In this document: in pieces, positions 37,901-51,555 of the stretch
Layout of the letters: each line of letters begins with the position of its first letter
Position numbering within the stretch: position 1 is the first letter of the stretch
Program-made: the position numbers and the translations under genes
Source: Gonapodya sp. JEL0774
Taxonomy: Eukaryota
Assembly (NCBI GenBank): GCA_027604505.1
Contig: JADIIX010000010.1
Location: 1-64,000, forward strand
Direction: 5' to 3'
DNA: 64,000 nt
The notes under the pieces: generated by a model
What the model saw: the letters and a program-made list of their open reading frames with translations, nothing else
What the model was told of the DNA's origin: nothing
Database searches by the model: none

Positions 37901-40900
37901 TTCACGAGGCGGCATGGCCTGTACGCGAAACCATTGTCCCCGAGACCCTTCCTGAGGCTTCGGATTACCACTGGCGTGCTGGTGGTGAACACCACTTAAA
38001 CTCCCCTGTCGCAATTGCGAACCTTCAGGACGCCGTTCGTAGAAAGAACAACGAGGCGTATGAGGCATATTCTCGAGAGATCCTGGAGCAGAACCGCAAC
38101 TCTACCCTTCGTGGTTTGCTGGATTTTAAGATTGACCACGTTACTCCCATTCCCCTTGAGGAGGTTGAGCCGTGGACCAATATTGTCAAACGTTGTGTGA
38201 CAGGAGCAATGTCCTACGGGTCTATTTCGATGGAAGCGCACAGTACCTTAGCTCGTGCCATGAACAAACTTGGAGGAAAGTCCAACACTGGTGAAGGCGG
38301 AGAAGACCCTGAGCGGTCCACTGCTATTTTGGAAGATGGATCTTCCATGCGCTCGGCTATCAAACAAGTAGCCAGTGCGCGATTCGGAGTAACTAGTTTT
38401 TATCTGGCGGACTCAGACGAGTTGCAGATCAAGATGGCTCAGGGAGCGAAACCCGGAGAGGGAGGCGAGTTGCCGGGACACAAGGTATATTCTCCCCGTA
38501 ATGCAATAAGTTTGTGGGGAGCTCACCTTTATCAATCTTCAGGTGTCGGACAGTATTGGTAGGACGCGCAAGTCCACTCCCGGTGTCGGCTTGATATCAC
38601 CCCCTCCGCACCACGACATTTACTCTATTGAGGATCTCAAACAACTTATATACGACCTCAAGTGCTCGAACCCCCAATCTCGAGTTTCGGTGAAGCTTGT
38701 GTCCGAAGTCGGTGTGGGCATTGTTGCGTCCGGTGTCGCAAAAGCGCGATCCGACCACATCTTAATCTCAGGGCACGATGGTGGCACAGGAGCCTCTCGC
38801 TGGACGGGCATCAAGCACGCCGGTTTGCCGTGGGAGTTAGGTCTCGCGGAGACGCACCAAACTTTGGTGCTCAACGACCTTCGGGGCCGTGTTATTGTGC
38901 AAACTGATGGTCAACTCAAAACTGGACGCGATGTTGCTATTGCTTGTCTTTTGGGTGCAGAGGAATGGGGGTTTGCCACTGCTCCACTCATTGCCATGGG
39001 TTGCACCATGATGAGAAAGGTTAGTCTCATAAAAGAGTTATGAGTCAATGTGGTCTAACCACGCCGTTTCAGTGCCACCTGAATACCTGCCCGGTCGGAA
39101 TTGCAACTCAGGATCCCGATCTTAGGAAGAAGTTTGAAGGTACCCCTGAACATGTGGTGAACTTCTTCTTCTATATCTTGGAGGACTTGCGCAAGATTAT
39201 GGCTTCCCTCGGCCTCCGCACGATCAACGAGATGGTCGGTCGTACCGACTTGCTTGTTGTGAACCACACCTTGAAGAACCCGAAGACACGAAATCTGGAT
39301 CTCTCCCCGATCCTTGTTCCTGCGTTTTCACTTCGTCCCAATGTCGCAACTTACAATGTTCAGAAACAAGACCACCAGCTCTACAAGCGCCTTGACAACA
39401 AGCTGATCGAATCTGCCAAGCCCGCCCTCGAAAGCGGTAAAACTGTCGTCATTGACACCCAGGTCGTCAACACTGACCGCGCTGTTGCCACTACGTTGTC
39501 TTACACTGTCTCGAAGAAGTACGGTGAGCAGGGTCTTCCTGATGACACCATTCACATCCGCCTGACAGGTTCAGCTGGACAATCTATGGGAGCATTTGTC
39601 ACTAAGGGCATCACGTTGGAGCTCGAGGGTGATTCGAACGACTACGTTGGCAAGGGGTTGTCTGGAGGTAAAATCATAGTATATCCCCCTAAGCAATCCA
39701 AGTTCAAGGCCGAGGAGAATATCATCATCGGCAATGTCTGCCTGTATGGTGCCACCAGTGGTAAAGCATTCTTCAGTGGTATTGCTGCTGAGCGATTCTG
39801 TGTCAGGAACTCTGGTGCAATCGCAGTCGTTGAAGGTTGTGGAGACCATGGCTGTGAGTACATGACGGGAGGTCGCACCCTCATCCTTGGTGCAACTGGT
39901 CGCAATTTTGCCGCTGGTATGTCTGGTGGTATCGCCTACGTGCTGGACGAGGCTTCAGACTTTAAGATTCGGTGCAACAAGGAGATGGTGGATCTCCTAC
40001 CCCTGGAGGAAGAGGAAGACGTTGCCTTTGTGAAAGATTTGATCAGGGAGCACCAAAAGTACACAGGATCTGCTTTAGCAGGAAAACTTCTCGCCAACTG
40101 GGCTGCGTATCAGGGCAAGTTCGTGAAGGTGTACCCTCAAGATTATCGTAAGGTCATTGAAAAGCAGAAGGCGGCGGCAAATGCTCCGAAGTCCGTTGTT
40201 CCGGCTGTCGAAGCGAAGGAGCACCCGAAGCCTGCTGAGAAGTTTGCGGACATCGAGGACTCACTAACCGACGTTGCTGCCAAGAAGCAACATCAATCAG
40301 TATTGGATAAGGTGATGATTGTGCAGCTTCGATAGTCACGTTCCGTTTGTGTTTGATCTCCGTTTCTCGCTCCAGACCAAGGGCTTCAAGCTCTACAAGC
40401 GACAAGGCGACCCATACCGACACCCCCGCAAGCGAGTGAAGGACTGGAGGGAAGTAAATGCTCGTCTCGATGTAGACGACCTCCGAGTTCAAGCAGCACG
40501 GTGTATGGACTGCGGTGTTCCATTCTGCCAGTCAGACACTGGTTGCCCGATTGGAAACATCATTCCGAAGTGGAATGATTTAGTTTTCAAGAATCAATGG
40601 CAAGAGGCACTTGATCGTCTCCTTATGACGAACAACTTCCCGGAGTTTACGGGCCGTGTCTGCCCTGCTCCCTGCGAGGGTGCTTGCGTTCTTGGTATTA
40701 ATGAGCCTCCTGTCTCTATTAAGTCCATCGAGGTAGGTTCCTCCAAAATGAAAGACTTCACTCTTGGATTTTATACGGTTTCTCGCCACAGTGCGCAATC
40801 ATCGACCGTGCCTTTGAGGAGGGTTGGATTGTCCCAACCCCTCCGAAGTTCCGAACTGGCAAACGTGTCGCCATTGTTGGATCTGGACCTGCCGGTCTGT

Positions 40901-42172
40901 CTGCCGCCGATCAACTTAACAAGGCTGGGCACACAGTCACGGTTTATGACCGCAACGATCGTATTGGCGGTCTCCTCATGTATGGTATTCCGAACATGAA
41001 ACTCGACAAGCGCATTGTGCAACGTCGGATCGACCTGATGGCCGCCGAAGGTGTAGAGTTTGTCACAAACGCGTTTGTTGGGAAGAATGTGGATGCTAAG
41101 AAGCTCAAGTCGGAGAATGACGTGATTTTGTTGGCGACGGGCGCGACTTGGCCACGTGACCTCAACATACCCAACCGATCCCTCAACGGTATCCATTTCG
41201 CGATGGAGTTTTTGCAGAAGAACACTAAAAGTCTGTTGGACTCAGAATTGGAGGATGGACAATACATCAGTGCAAAGGACAAAGACGTCATTGTGATCGG
41301 TGGTGGGGACACAGGTTGTGACTGTATCGGAACTTCGGTTCGCCATGGTGAGGGTCTCGCGGTTGTGCATAATCCTCTATTTTAGTCATTCTTTGCATCG
41401 TCCACAACAGGTGCAAAATCCGTTGTCAACTTCGAGCTCCTCCCACAACCCCCAGTTACGAGGGCTGATGACAACCCCTGGCCCCAGTTCCCTCGCGTCT
41501 TTAAGGTCGATTATGGTCACGGTGAAGTACAAGCTCTCCAGGGCAAAGATCCCCGCGAGTACTGCATCCTTTCGAAGGAGTTTGTTTCGGACGGAAAGGG
41601 TAACTTGTCTGGTGTCAACACTGTCCGCGTCGAATGGACCAAAAATGAGCGAGGAGGTTGGGCTATGAAGGAGGTTCCGGGATCTGAAACGTTCTTCAAG
41701 GCAGACCTGGTGCTCCTCTCGATGGGTTTCCTTGGTCCCGAGAACGATGTGATTAAGCAGCTTGGAATCAAGCAGGATGCAAGGACGAACATTGCCACGC
41801 CGAAGAACAGTTATCGCACGTATGCTGAGGGCGTGTTTGCCGCTGGCGGTGGGTCATGAAGTACATTCATCTGCGACATACTTTGGCGTACTAATAGTTT
41901 TACTGGTCATTGCACAAGACTGCCGCCGCGGCCAGTCGCTTATTGTTTGGGGCATCAATGAAGGTCGGCAGGCTGCCCGTGAAATCGATGTATACTTAAT
42001 GGGCAACACCGTGAGTGCAATAGTATCACTCATTTTCTCTACCATTGATCCTAATGGATACCATTTCTCCGCCTTTTAGCGTCTTCCCGTGACTGGCGGT
42101 ATCGAACACCGTCCCATCGAGTCCCTCGAAGTCGTGAACCTGATCGAGAGGGATACTGCCTACAAACGCTAA
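34944..42172 (+). CDS. GLT1: NADH-dependent glutamate synthase (fused alpha and beta subunits)
   Basis: EKDSCGVGF (Ntn Cys), [74 protein letters not shown] domain, [23 protein letters not shown] and [11 protein letters not shown]. Confidence 0.99.
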
Positions 42173-42737
42173 TTGTCGTGTAGGATGTTGCGAAAGGGAG
42201 AAAGAAGGGCTAATTTTACACGAAGACTAGACTGCACATCTGCGTTCCGTTCAACTGACTGCGTCGCGTTGCGTGTCAGATCAAGTTTATGTTCAGGCCC
42301 TTCTAATGAGTCTCTTGCGACTTTTGTAGTACTAAGCTGCGCTGTGCTGTTGCTTGCTGTGTGGATATTGTGAAATAGATAAAGGTGCCGTCTCTCATGG
42401 GGCGATCGCAAGCAATTGCATTATCTATGCATTGTTTGCGAAGCTCCCTTGCTTTTGCTCCTTCCTTCCTATGTAGTTCTTCCCTAGAGTCCTTCCCTCT
42501 TTTATTCAAAAGTAACTACATAACAATCTTTCCACCGCTCGCAGCCATCAAACAGGCACGTCTGTTCTAATGATATTGTACTATCGCAGAATTGCAATTA
42601 CGATTTCTAAAATGCATTATCGACCCCTCGCTCGTCGCGCTGTTCTGTAATGCTCAAACGTGATTCACAAAGTCATAATCCTCGTACTTACGTCAGAGTG
42701 CACATAAGGTCTATCCTCCCATGTCTGTAATATTCAC

Positions 42738-44110
42738 TCAATTCTCCTTGCCCATTCCCCTCCTCTTCGCCTCTCCTACAATTCCCACAAAATACGCGTG
42801 CCACCTGCCATCGTCAGTCAGTTCGGGATGAAATGCTGTCCCCAGCACATCACCCTGGCGCACTGCCACGGGGAACTCCTGACCACCGCGGAATAAGGTG
42901 CATAGCACTTGCACTGAAGGGTCGTCCAGAGAAGTAATGAGTGGAGCGCGAATGAAGACGCAGGGGAATGGCGGTTGTTCCGATGAGCGAGATTCAGTGG
43001 GTAAGTGAGGAACAGCTGACGACCGTGGCGGTGGTGGAGGGGGCGTTAAGTCTGCCGTGAAGGATTCCTTTTGTGCTCCGAACGCGTTGCGCTCTACGGT
43101 TACTGCTAAACCGCCAATGGTGGACTGGCCGAGCTGTTTGGTGTGGGTGGCCCGGTCGGCAAGCATGATGAGGCCTGCACAGGTACCCTTTAAGGAGAGC
43201 GATGGGGATCACAATGTCAGACATCAGTCAAACTTGAAGGTTGTCGGAAGAGCAAAATTGCCCTTCGTTCGCTCCAGATTCCACACAATTGCTGACTGAA
43301 ATGGTGAATCGCAACTGTTGTTGCAATACAAACACAGTGGGCGCAATGCGAAACATCCACAAACTCATCAAAATCACTTCAAGCCATCAGGTTCGGCAAA
43401 CATTTACGTGGTCACTTTCTTTTACTGTCGCGCTCTCACGGTGGTTTAATCGTCACCACAAAGCAATCTTTACCACATCAACACCAGAGAACACGGGGTT
43501 CGAGCGATGTGAGATCTGTGCACTCCCGGAAAAGGGGCAGCACTCGTTCCACTCCAACCTCGTTGGCTACTGGATTCGCAAAACGGTGGAGACTCTACTC
43601 ACCCACACCGATTTCCCCTTCGCCCTAACAAACTCCTTCAAAGGCTCCAGACATCCCGTAGATTCCGCGATAATAGCCATTGTCGTACTCTCCCCGCCCG
43701 GAATGATGAGTGCGTCCAGTTCAGGGTCCCTCAACTGAGACGAAGTTCGCACCTCCACCACCGAGAGAGAGTAGTCGGAAAATGCCGTTGATTTGGAAAG
43801 GAAGGAGAGGATATTGGAGTGTTCTGCGTAACCGCCTTGGAGGGCTGGTGGAAGAGGATTAAGGAGGGAGACACGTGATTGGACATAATTCCATCAGCAA
43901 ACGAGGACGATGTAGCCCACATGGGGTACCGGAAAAAGGTTCGAGGGGAAGTGGAGAATGGCAGGTCAAAAACGTCTAGTGGCTCCGACGAATCGCAACT
44001 GCAGATCGCTCGCTCGCAGAGCATCCACCTCGAACTCCACTTGGTCAACTAAACCCACCGAGCACGCCAATCTTGATGCCAATCTGCGATTCTTCTGGAG
44101 AGGCAGACAT
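42738..44110 (-). CDS. SNO1: Pyridoxal 5'-phosphate synthase glutaminase subunit
   Basis: IKIGVLA|LQGGYAEH, DALIIPGGESTTM, GTCAGLIMLA, VERNAFGAQKESF, VFIRAP and GTAFHPELTDD. The Cys-His-Glu triad is intact. Confidence 0.96.
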
Positions 44111-44814
44111 GGTGGCGAAGGCCGGGCCGGGCTGAAATGATTACGGGATGGGCGATGATAATTCGATTTCATAAGTTTGTCCCTCACTCACAGCCTCGTC
44201 TTCCCAACTATCGATAACGAGAGCCTGTCCGTCGCTCTAAATAAATCAAGTCTAGCATAATTTCTTCGCTCAACTTTCGCTGTGGTGTAGATGCACACCT
44301 CCGTCTCGACTTCAAAGTGGACAGTGGAAGGTACTTTGTCGGTATTTTGTGGCCGGATGGGTGGCAGGAGTGTGAGTTTTCACAACAGGTGGAGGTTCGG
44401 TGATGAGGTTGAAGTTTGTGTGATGAGGTAATCGCTGGTGTGGAGACGGCGCTCTCCATGTATATTATTCTACAAATCAATTCAAGATAGGTGAAGCAGG
44501 GTTCTTAAAAATACACGGATGAGAGTGAGTTTTTGAGGAAATCCCACGCATTTTATTCATCAAATTCCCCACCACCTGACATCCAAGAAACGTTTGCGTT
44601 GTGGGATCGAATGTGCGAAAGTTCCGCGGAGCGGAAGGGAGGCCACAGCAGAACCCAACCCGAAACTAACACCGTTTTAAAGCGCAGGGAAACCCACAAT
44701 GTTCTCACCTCCGAGCACCCAACAAGAACATTCAACTCCACCGCTGAATCAGAACTCTCCCAACTCTCCGCTGAAACTCTTACTTCATATTTCACCCCGC
44801 TCCACGTTCAAGCA

Positions 44815-45958
44815 ATGCCAATGGATCACGAACTCAAGAAGCGCAGACCCTCGAAAAGCACCGATGCACCTCCATCGTACGATGAAGCATGGATCGATAC
44901 GCTCGGGGATGGAGCATCGCTTGCCTCTCAATATCTCATTCCTCCATACAAAACCGAGGGCAAACCAAACACCGTGTTACCGGGGGACGGTTCCTCAGCA
45001 GGAGCGTGAGTTTCAAAACGTTGCTACGTGTGCTGGCTTTGCTCTGAGTTCCTCTTAGCTGTTTCCCTCGCCCGGCATCAACCGAAGGACGTTTGATACT
45101 TGACGTCTATGGGAGCAAATTCCTCGGAGAGCGACAGGCGTTGGCGCATGCTGTGATTGCAAATCCTCCCAAAGAGGTTGCCGCCAAGGGTGTGAACCGC
45201 GAAACATGGTGCGTGTGACGAAGTAACACGAGTCGTGCTTGTTCCCCAATCAAACGATACCACTGTTTCGCAGGGAAGAGTGGATGACCAAATTTCAAGA
45301 GATCATGAAAGAGGACTCTCTTTCAATCGTTACGAGCGGTTAGTGGCTTGATTGATGCGACTGTGATGTGTATGTGTTCACTTGAACAACTGTCATCCTC
45401 TCTCCACAGTGTTAGCCGTAGTTTCTGTCGTTGGAATAGCCTACTGGCGACACAAGGTACGAGTGGCTTATCTTTGATGGACCCATGATACTTTCGCCCT
45501 GAAACCCACCTCGCCAACTCACTGCTTAGCTCATACACCAACAAAGAGCTCTCGCGAAACTCCAACAAGAGTTCAACACACAAGTGATGGAGCCCCACGG
45601 AATGTACTTCACGACAGCTACTTCAGTGCTTGTCCGGCACTATGGGCAGACTCATGTCATGTATTTTGGTGAGTGGTTTCAGGTGGTTCAATTCCTCTCC
45701 TGGGACTCATCATATGTCACCCACCCTCCTTACTTCCACAACGGTGTTCGTGGTTCCTAATTTCATGTGCTCATTTAACTTCGTGCCCCACCAGTCTCTT
45801 GGATCACCATTGCCCTCACCCCGGATGAGTGCGACTCACTCAGGGCCGAGGAACACCGTTACGTTTTCAATCGCTGCGCACGTACACATCATGCCACGCC
45901 AAAATGGAATCGTTTTGTGGAGAAGGCGCTCTTTGGGGGTGTGAAGAGGGTTGTATGA
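44815..45958 (+). CDS. Hypothetical membrane-associated protein, ERF4/GOLGA7-like pattern, N-terminal PPxY
   Basis: Six phase-compatible exons: MPMDHELKK...APPSYDEA...|CFPRPASTEGRLILDVYG...PPKEVAAKGVNRETW|EEWMTKFQEIMKEDSLSIVTS|VLAVVSVVGIAYWRHK|LIHQQRALAKLQQEFNTQVMEPHGMYF...|VSWITIALTPDECDSLRAEEH...KRVV*. The gene is well supported; the family call is weak. Confidence 0.7.
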
Positions 45959-46813
45959 AGCGGGTGGCGTTTGTTCGGGTGGTGTGAACGGGCTGTTGTG
46001 GGCACTGTGAGTTTGCATAGCGATGCTAGTGCAATGGGGAGGGTGGGTGGCGAATTGGGACAAAGCAGCTGTTGGAGTCTCAAGTCGCTCTAAGTTTTCG
46101 TGGTTTCGCAGTGTTGGATACTTGACTTAGATGAGGGAGAGATGTTGCGACCGTGTCATACTTCTTTGGAATTGCATATGTAATGTTCTGTTTTCACTGT
46201 AACTGAAGAAATACAAGGATTGTGGCAGTATTCATTGGCATTTTATGAGACACCTCTGCGAAGAGAGAGAGCAGTCTTGTGGATTGTGGAAGCGACTTCG
46301 TTCTTTGCTCATGAAGGCCGGCACTGTTTGCATTCAAGATTATGTACACTGCATTCTAAATATTCTTCTGGAGTTGACTTAACCCTGCAGTTTTATTCGA
46401 AAGAGATGTCTTTTAAATTCGTGAGTGCTGATTTTAGGTAGTCGTGCGAAGGCATGTGTGTGCATGACACGACGGCGACCATTTCCTCCCTGGGTGTCGG
46501 TAAAGACGCCGCAGTGATAAGGTTTCTGTGGGCGCTGTGCAGGGCGATGGAGCGAATCTCCCTGCGCTGGCGAAGCGTGGCAGAATGAGGCGATGCTGAT
46601 GTATTCGAAAGCGGTCCCCGAGTTTGCGGGGCTAGGCATTCTTGAATTGCACAAGTGCTTTTTTTGGTATCACTGTAATTTCAGAAATATCATGTATTTT
46701 ATTGGCATTCATTACAGTCAATTCGTTACTGTAATACTAATGAGTGCCGTGGGCAAGTGGGGCCAGCACCGCCCGCACTCATCTGATCAACTTTCGCAAC
46801 GTCTTACACTTCA

Positions 46814-47290
46814 TTATTCCAGCACCGACGCTGGCGAACACCCTGCAGCGGCGAGCCTGTGAGTTGGCGACGAGAACTCTGATGATAGAACCTGCCTGGG
46901 CTTAGAGGTCTTGCCGCGCTTCCTCTTCCGCAGCACCAAAACATTCCCAACAACGATGCGGGCCAGGAGGCCATCCTCGTCGGAGAGGACAGAGTAGTGG
47001 CAGGCATCATGACCGGCGGCTTCTGTGCTTAGACGAGCTGTGGTGTCCTCACTTGTCGACGGCCTCCAAGTGGCCATCACTCTGTGCATCGGCATGGGCC
47101 GAGCAGCGCGGCTCCCAGGACTGTACCACTATGTGCGGGACTGTGGATACGTAGGACCGAGGATACGCAGGACGGGGTGCCTGGCGGCGTCCACGTCTCG
47201 CACCCTGGTCAACGTCGCTTGGCGTCTTCGGACGTTGGTGACGGCTAACGGCTCGCCTTTGAATGTACTGTTAGCCACGAAGTAGCTTTT
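46814..47290 (-). pseudogene. Possible degraded protein-kinase fragment
   Basis: GC-rich, stop-interrupted frames: VANSTFKGEPLAVTNV (VAVK-like), HPVLRILG, PHIV and SVLSDEDGLLARI (NVLxDxxGxAKI-like). No intact catalytic motifs. Confidence 0.22.
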
Positions 47291-47675
47291 GAGGTTCGAT
47301 AAGAGACAGATGTCCCCACTCCGTTCTTGTTCCGTGTTCATGATGTCCCCCTCATGTATGTGACGCAACAGGCATCATGTCCAATGTAACAGCGAAAGCT
47401 GTACCCTGCCCCGAACAGTAACTGGTGGGTTGAGGACATGTAGCACCAATCGATTGCTGGTACGTACACCAGGACGCTTACCTCAATGTTTACAGACAGA
47501 CATACCAGGAGAGGATGAACAGCAGGGAGGAAGCATAAGTACAATGTAAAAACCTTCAGCAAGCAAGTTGCTAATATTCACGATCTCGGAGAAGCGTGGA
47601 AGCCAAGTGTTGTGAGGTGACCGCAGCGGCGGACGTGTCTTCACGTCTCCCTTCCAGCTCTGCATCACACCTCCG

Positions 47676-48756
47676 ATGTCTGGCCAGCTCACCTCTGCGC
47701 CCCATCTCCATGCTGAATCCCGTCCAATCTCGACATCGCCCGCAGCACCTTTGCCACATATTCGCTCTTCAACCGCTCCACGGTCCTCCGATTCCCCTCT
47801 CCAACGATCCGTAGCAGAGTCCCTGGGCGATTTCGAAAAGGTACTGGACAGTGACTCCAAAGCGAGTCAACTTGCAAACGCGGATGCGTCCTTTGCGACA
47901 ACGTCTTCAAACGATTACAATAGATTGATTCTCGGACTCGCTTCCGTCGGGTCTGTGGCTGCGTTCGCCTACACGGTCCGCAAAAATTTCAGAAAGGACG
48001 CCGCTGGTGGTGCAGTGGATCCCTTTGTTTCGGCACAAGCCACAGCAGGGGGTGCGTTGAAGAACCCAAAGTTGGTCGTCTACACATACGCCGGTGGGGC
48101 TTTCGCCACCGCCACGGCACTCGTGGGGTTGGGTGCTTTTGCACTCTTGACAGGCCTGAGTAGCTATTTTGGAGCTGATTCAGTGAGTTGAGTTTGTTAG
48201 TGTACTAACAAAGGGGTCAGGGAGTTTTACAATGTGCCTTGGAGAGCCAATCGCGTAAGCCAAGGAAGATACCCCAAGCAAAGCATTTTGTTCGCACCAC
48301 TGGAGGTGGATTACATGGTTTGGAGGTTTGAGTGGCGGGATTGTGGGTCCATTCATTTCGGCTGTGACGACGGGATGGGACTTGCGCCTTCGATCACTGG
48401 ACTCTTACTTAAACAATGCAATTCGCTCTTCCACCCTCGACCAACAATCTCTAACCCCTGTCGGCACCCAGTGGTCCTCCCTCCACACCTCCCTCCGCCA
48501 GCACTTCCAAACCACCTTTCCCCGCCTCGTCGTCCACTCTGGCCCGGAACCCACACTCTCACGGGACGCGGCATGGCGGGAACTTGTCGAGGAGATGAGG
48601 CAGGAGGCCAAGAAAGAGGAGGAGAGGGTAAAAATTGCGAGAATGGAGGTGGAAGAAGACGGAAAACTGACCGAGGGGGAGAGGAGGAGAAAAGAGGGAT
48701 GGGGAGGGAAGTTGAAACGCGCAGGTGAGGAGGCCATGAAGGGAGCGGGGCTGTGA
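47676..48756 (+). CDS. TMEM242/DUF1358-like two-TM protein
   Basis: Hydrophobic LILGLASVGSVAAFAYTV and YAGGAFATATALVGLGAFALLTGLSSYFGADS, with donor gtgagt spliced to WSSLHTSLRQHFQTTFPRL and a charged tail. Confidence 0.6.
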
Positions 48757-49439
48757 GCGCTGTGGGTACTGGTGCCGTGGTTGAGCGGCAGGGAGCAGCG
48801 TAAAGTCTTGCGTCCACACAGTTGGCAAACAAAGCAAACTCAGGCATCTGTGTGTGCCCAGTCTGAGAACTTGCTCACTGAAAGACTTTGACTTGTCGCA
48901 ATCGGCAAGGCTCGTGGGGTTCAGTTGGGCAATGTTGCGAGGTGTCTGGTGTACAACCTTGACGTGCATGTGTGAACGGGGGCGGTGGAGAGGCCTACAT
49001 AAACGGAAGCGATCGGTGGTGACTTTTGTCGGTCATGTTGAAACTTCCGAGTTGGTTGCATCCACGATATTTTCTATATATACCTCCAATATTGGACCAT
49101 TGTACGACATGCAAAGTTACTAATTAAACTTGCTGCGCACCACGATGTCGCATATTGTCTAAGTTGGTTCCTTCCCAATGAGTGGTGAGCGCTCTCGCGA
49201 ATTCCAGGATCGGACTTCGGCAGATCTTGTTGGGTGTTACTACACGAAGACCTCATCTCCCATTACGAATAAACAACGCGATAAATCAAATAAAGCTATA
49301 TAACATGTTCAACCCTCGCACACGTCCCTGAGTCCAGTTTAATTCATCCCCCTTCTTCAGCCTAAAAGACTCCAAGTCGGGTCGATCACACGTCAAGGCT
49401 AACCTGCACTCCCACGTGATACGTATCCCATGCTTTTCA

Positions 49440-51555
49440 ATGTCATCCCCGCACTACTCTGGATCTCCTAACTCACCTACAAACTCGTCTTGTCCGGAAA
49501 TTCCTTCCACCCGAAAGCGAAGACGGTCCTCGCAGTTACCAGGTGGAGACTCCCGGGCCCAGAAGAAAGTAGCATGGTCACACAATGCGTCTCACCGCCT
49601 GAGGCGCTCAATCGCTCGATGGGGTCGTGGATCACAAAACTGGAATCGCATCGCCGATGACGTTGGTGCGAAGATTTCGGTATCCGATGTCGGGGAGCGA
49701 ATTACACTTCTTGAAGCTGGAAAGCGGGAACTGGAAAAGCTCAATGGCATGGATCGCGCAGTTACAGATTTGACCGGTGGAGGGGTATTGACGGACCATG
49801 GTGAAAAACGGAATGTGAGGGGGTTGTCTCACTTTGCATCGTCGGCCTACGAAACTCCCGAAGACGACATTGCCCTCGAGGAAAATCGATCCTTCACACT
49901 CGCCCAACAGGAGGACGATGCTGTTTTTCGTGCGCTTCAACTTGGACTTGATGACCCTGTCTCAAAGGACCCACAGAATCGCGTGCATGTCATGTCGGGC
50001 CATATGAAAGTACTCAAATTCGCGGGCAGGGAGGTAGAGGCCAAAAGAAGAAAGAAAGAGGATGCTTCTGAGCGGTGGCGTGAACTGCTCAATGTGGAGG
50101 TGATGGAGGCTGTTTCACGACGGTGAGTATTGGTGCAGCGCCTGAAACAATCAATGAAACAGCGGAGGCTCGTCGTGAGTGTATGTCACTCGGAGACAGT
50201 AGCAGGTGCTTCAGCTGAGATTCGTCTACTCGTTGGTACGTACAAGCTCCTATTGACTGGGAACCCGGACTCATCCTTCTTCACAGCCCTCAACCCCTGC
50301 GTATTCCGGAGATGATAGGCACCATATCTTGCTTTTGAACCCCTCGGTCACGGGCACTGAAAAAGCTTCCTCTCGCTTGTTTCACCATCTTGCTTCTAGT
50401 GTGTTCCTCTCTGCTCCCCGTGCGCATATCTGCGCTATAACATTCCAGCATTTCCTTCTTCACCTCATCACTTTCCTCTCTCGAGCTATACATCGATCTA
50501 TATTTGCTTATTCCATTTCTCCCCAATCTTTCTTGTCCTCTGCAAGTGAAAACAGTAGCCCACCCTCAACCGTCTCCCGCAGACATGTTCTTGCTGCTTT
50601 CAACTCGATACCAATGGAGCAACGCATCAATGTTGACTACAGCGATGCAACACACCTCGCACGATTGCTCCTCACGGAACGCGGGCGGCAGTTCTGTAAG
50701 GATGAGTACAGCCTGGATCTCGAAGAATTGACACGCTCGAGGTTGAATGCTTGCTCCCCCGATGAATCTGCAGAAAGAGTGGATGGACGTGCAGGTGGTC
50801 ACGATTTCGGTGCTGCTGCCGATGAAGATTTCTTATACAGTGAAGATGCCCACAGCCGAGTCGACTCAGATATGAGTGAAGACCCGGGCGATTCCTCCGT
50901 GGACTTAGCCTTCCTTACCACCCCTCACGCACCGTGGCGTGCGTATGCAGATCCGGATCCTTTGTGGTCAGCAGAGCTGGCGAGGCGGATGGCTGAGCAA
51001 AGCAAGGGGACCAGGATTGAGCTGAGCGAAGAATATGTTATTGACGAAGAGAGTGAGAATGAAGGCGAAGTTGAAGGCGATGATAGGTACTTAAATAATA
51101 GAGTTTTAGAAAAGGGAGTGGACATGCAGGACTCTCAACACGGACGAGGACAGAGTGCAGACCCGGGTACGAGCGAGAGTGAGAGTGAGACCGATTTGGA
51201 GACTGGAAGTGATGATTACGGTGAGACTGGAAGTGAGATTGACAATGAGATTGACAGTGAGATTGACAGTGAGATTGACAGTGAGGTTGAGAGCGGGAGC
51301 AACTCCGGATCGGACGATGATGCAGTGAGCGGAAGGGAAAGTGAAAGTAACGGGAATGAGGAAAGCGAACCCCACCAAGAGACTGGAAGCGATGAGAGCG
51401 ACGGTGCTGAATCAGACGAGGGTAACGAAAGAGCTGCACATCCTTTCTTACTTAGTGATGGTAGAGGTGGAGGTAAACATGCTCCCACCGCAAGTTTGGT
51501 ACTGCCAAGTTCAAGCTCTGATTCAGACCCCAATTCTGATTCGGACTCTGATTGA
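49440..51555 (+). CDS. SANT/Myb plus histone-fold protein resembling RNA Pol I UAF subunit Rrn5
   Basis: WSHNASHRLRRSIARWG...WNRIADDVGAKISVSDV (SANT-like), AYETPEDDIALEE, ELLNVEVMEAVSR, FLLHLITFLSRAIHRSIF...VSRRHVLAAF (histone-fold-like) and a long acidic tail. Confidence 0.6.
51235..51294 (+). repeat. 12-bp coding tandem repeat GAGATTGACAGT, about 5 units (EIDN EIDS EIDS EIDS EVES)
   Basis: Directly visible in the sequence. Confidence 0.9.

Noticed and set aside
45836..46063. Minus-strand ORF MSQFATHPP...
   Set aside because: Antisense to the last exon and 3' UTR of the plus-strand gene at 44815-45958.
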